Below are positions 31,991-32,000 of a stretch of 32,000 nt of DNA, in pieces. This stretch comes from an uncultured archaeon (GTDB lineage Archaea > Micrarchaeota > Micrarchaeia > Micrarchaeales > CABMGC01). The number at the start of each line of letters is the position of its first letter. Position 1 is the first letter of the stretch. The position numbers were made by a program, and so were the translations under genes. The stretch is taken from NCBI GenBank assembly GCA_963704435.1, contig OY969902.1:300001-332000 (forward strand), read 5' to 3'. The notes beneath the pieces were generated by a model. That model was not told where the DNA came from. It saw only the letters and a list, made by a program, of their open reading frames with translations, and did no database searches.

Positions 31991-32000
31991 ATCATTTTTC

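Overview
This window looks like an archaeal chromosomal segment of roughly 55-60% GC. Ile is very often encoded by ATA, promoters are AT-rich TATA-like boxes about 25-35 nt upstream of starts, and many adjacent genes overlap as ATGA or GTGA. A small-genome or DPANN-like lineage is possible but cannot be established from this window.

Positions 1-20,800 are mostly housekeeping genes. They include trpS, a low-GC SAM methyltransferase, the kae1-bud32 pair, an unlisted rpl41e, srp54, tRNA-Ile(UAU), RNase P subunit Rpp21, a DJ-1/PfpI-like protein, mscL, tRNA-Val(UAC), an aminotransferase, dph6, agmatinase and archease. Cell-surface genes are interleaved with them:
- a class III (type IV pilin-like) signal-peptide protein carrying seven Cys-containing C-terminal repeats;
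- a coupled carbamoyltransferase and GT-C glycosyltransferase pair;
- an archaeosortase-family protein in the same strand block as a surface protein whose C-terminus looks like a sorting signal.

Positions 20,816-23,355 encode a HerA/FtsK-type P-loop ATPase and a Cys-ladder protein directly behind archease.

From about 23,400 to at least 31,000 the character changes. There is a densely packed one-strand block of about 16 mostly unrecognisable genes. It contains two AbrB-type regulators, zinc-binding micro-proteins, a 663-aa putative replication NTPase, and a module of secreted or membrane proteins. I interpret this block as an integrated virus- or plasmid-like element. No integrase or att sites are visible, and the right end may lie beyond the window. 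This block and the archaeosortase locus are the best candidates for new biology. No rRNA genes, CRISPR arrays or transposases were seen.
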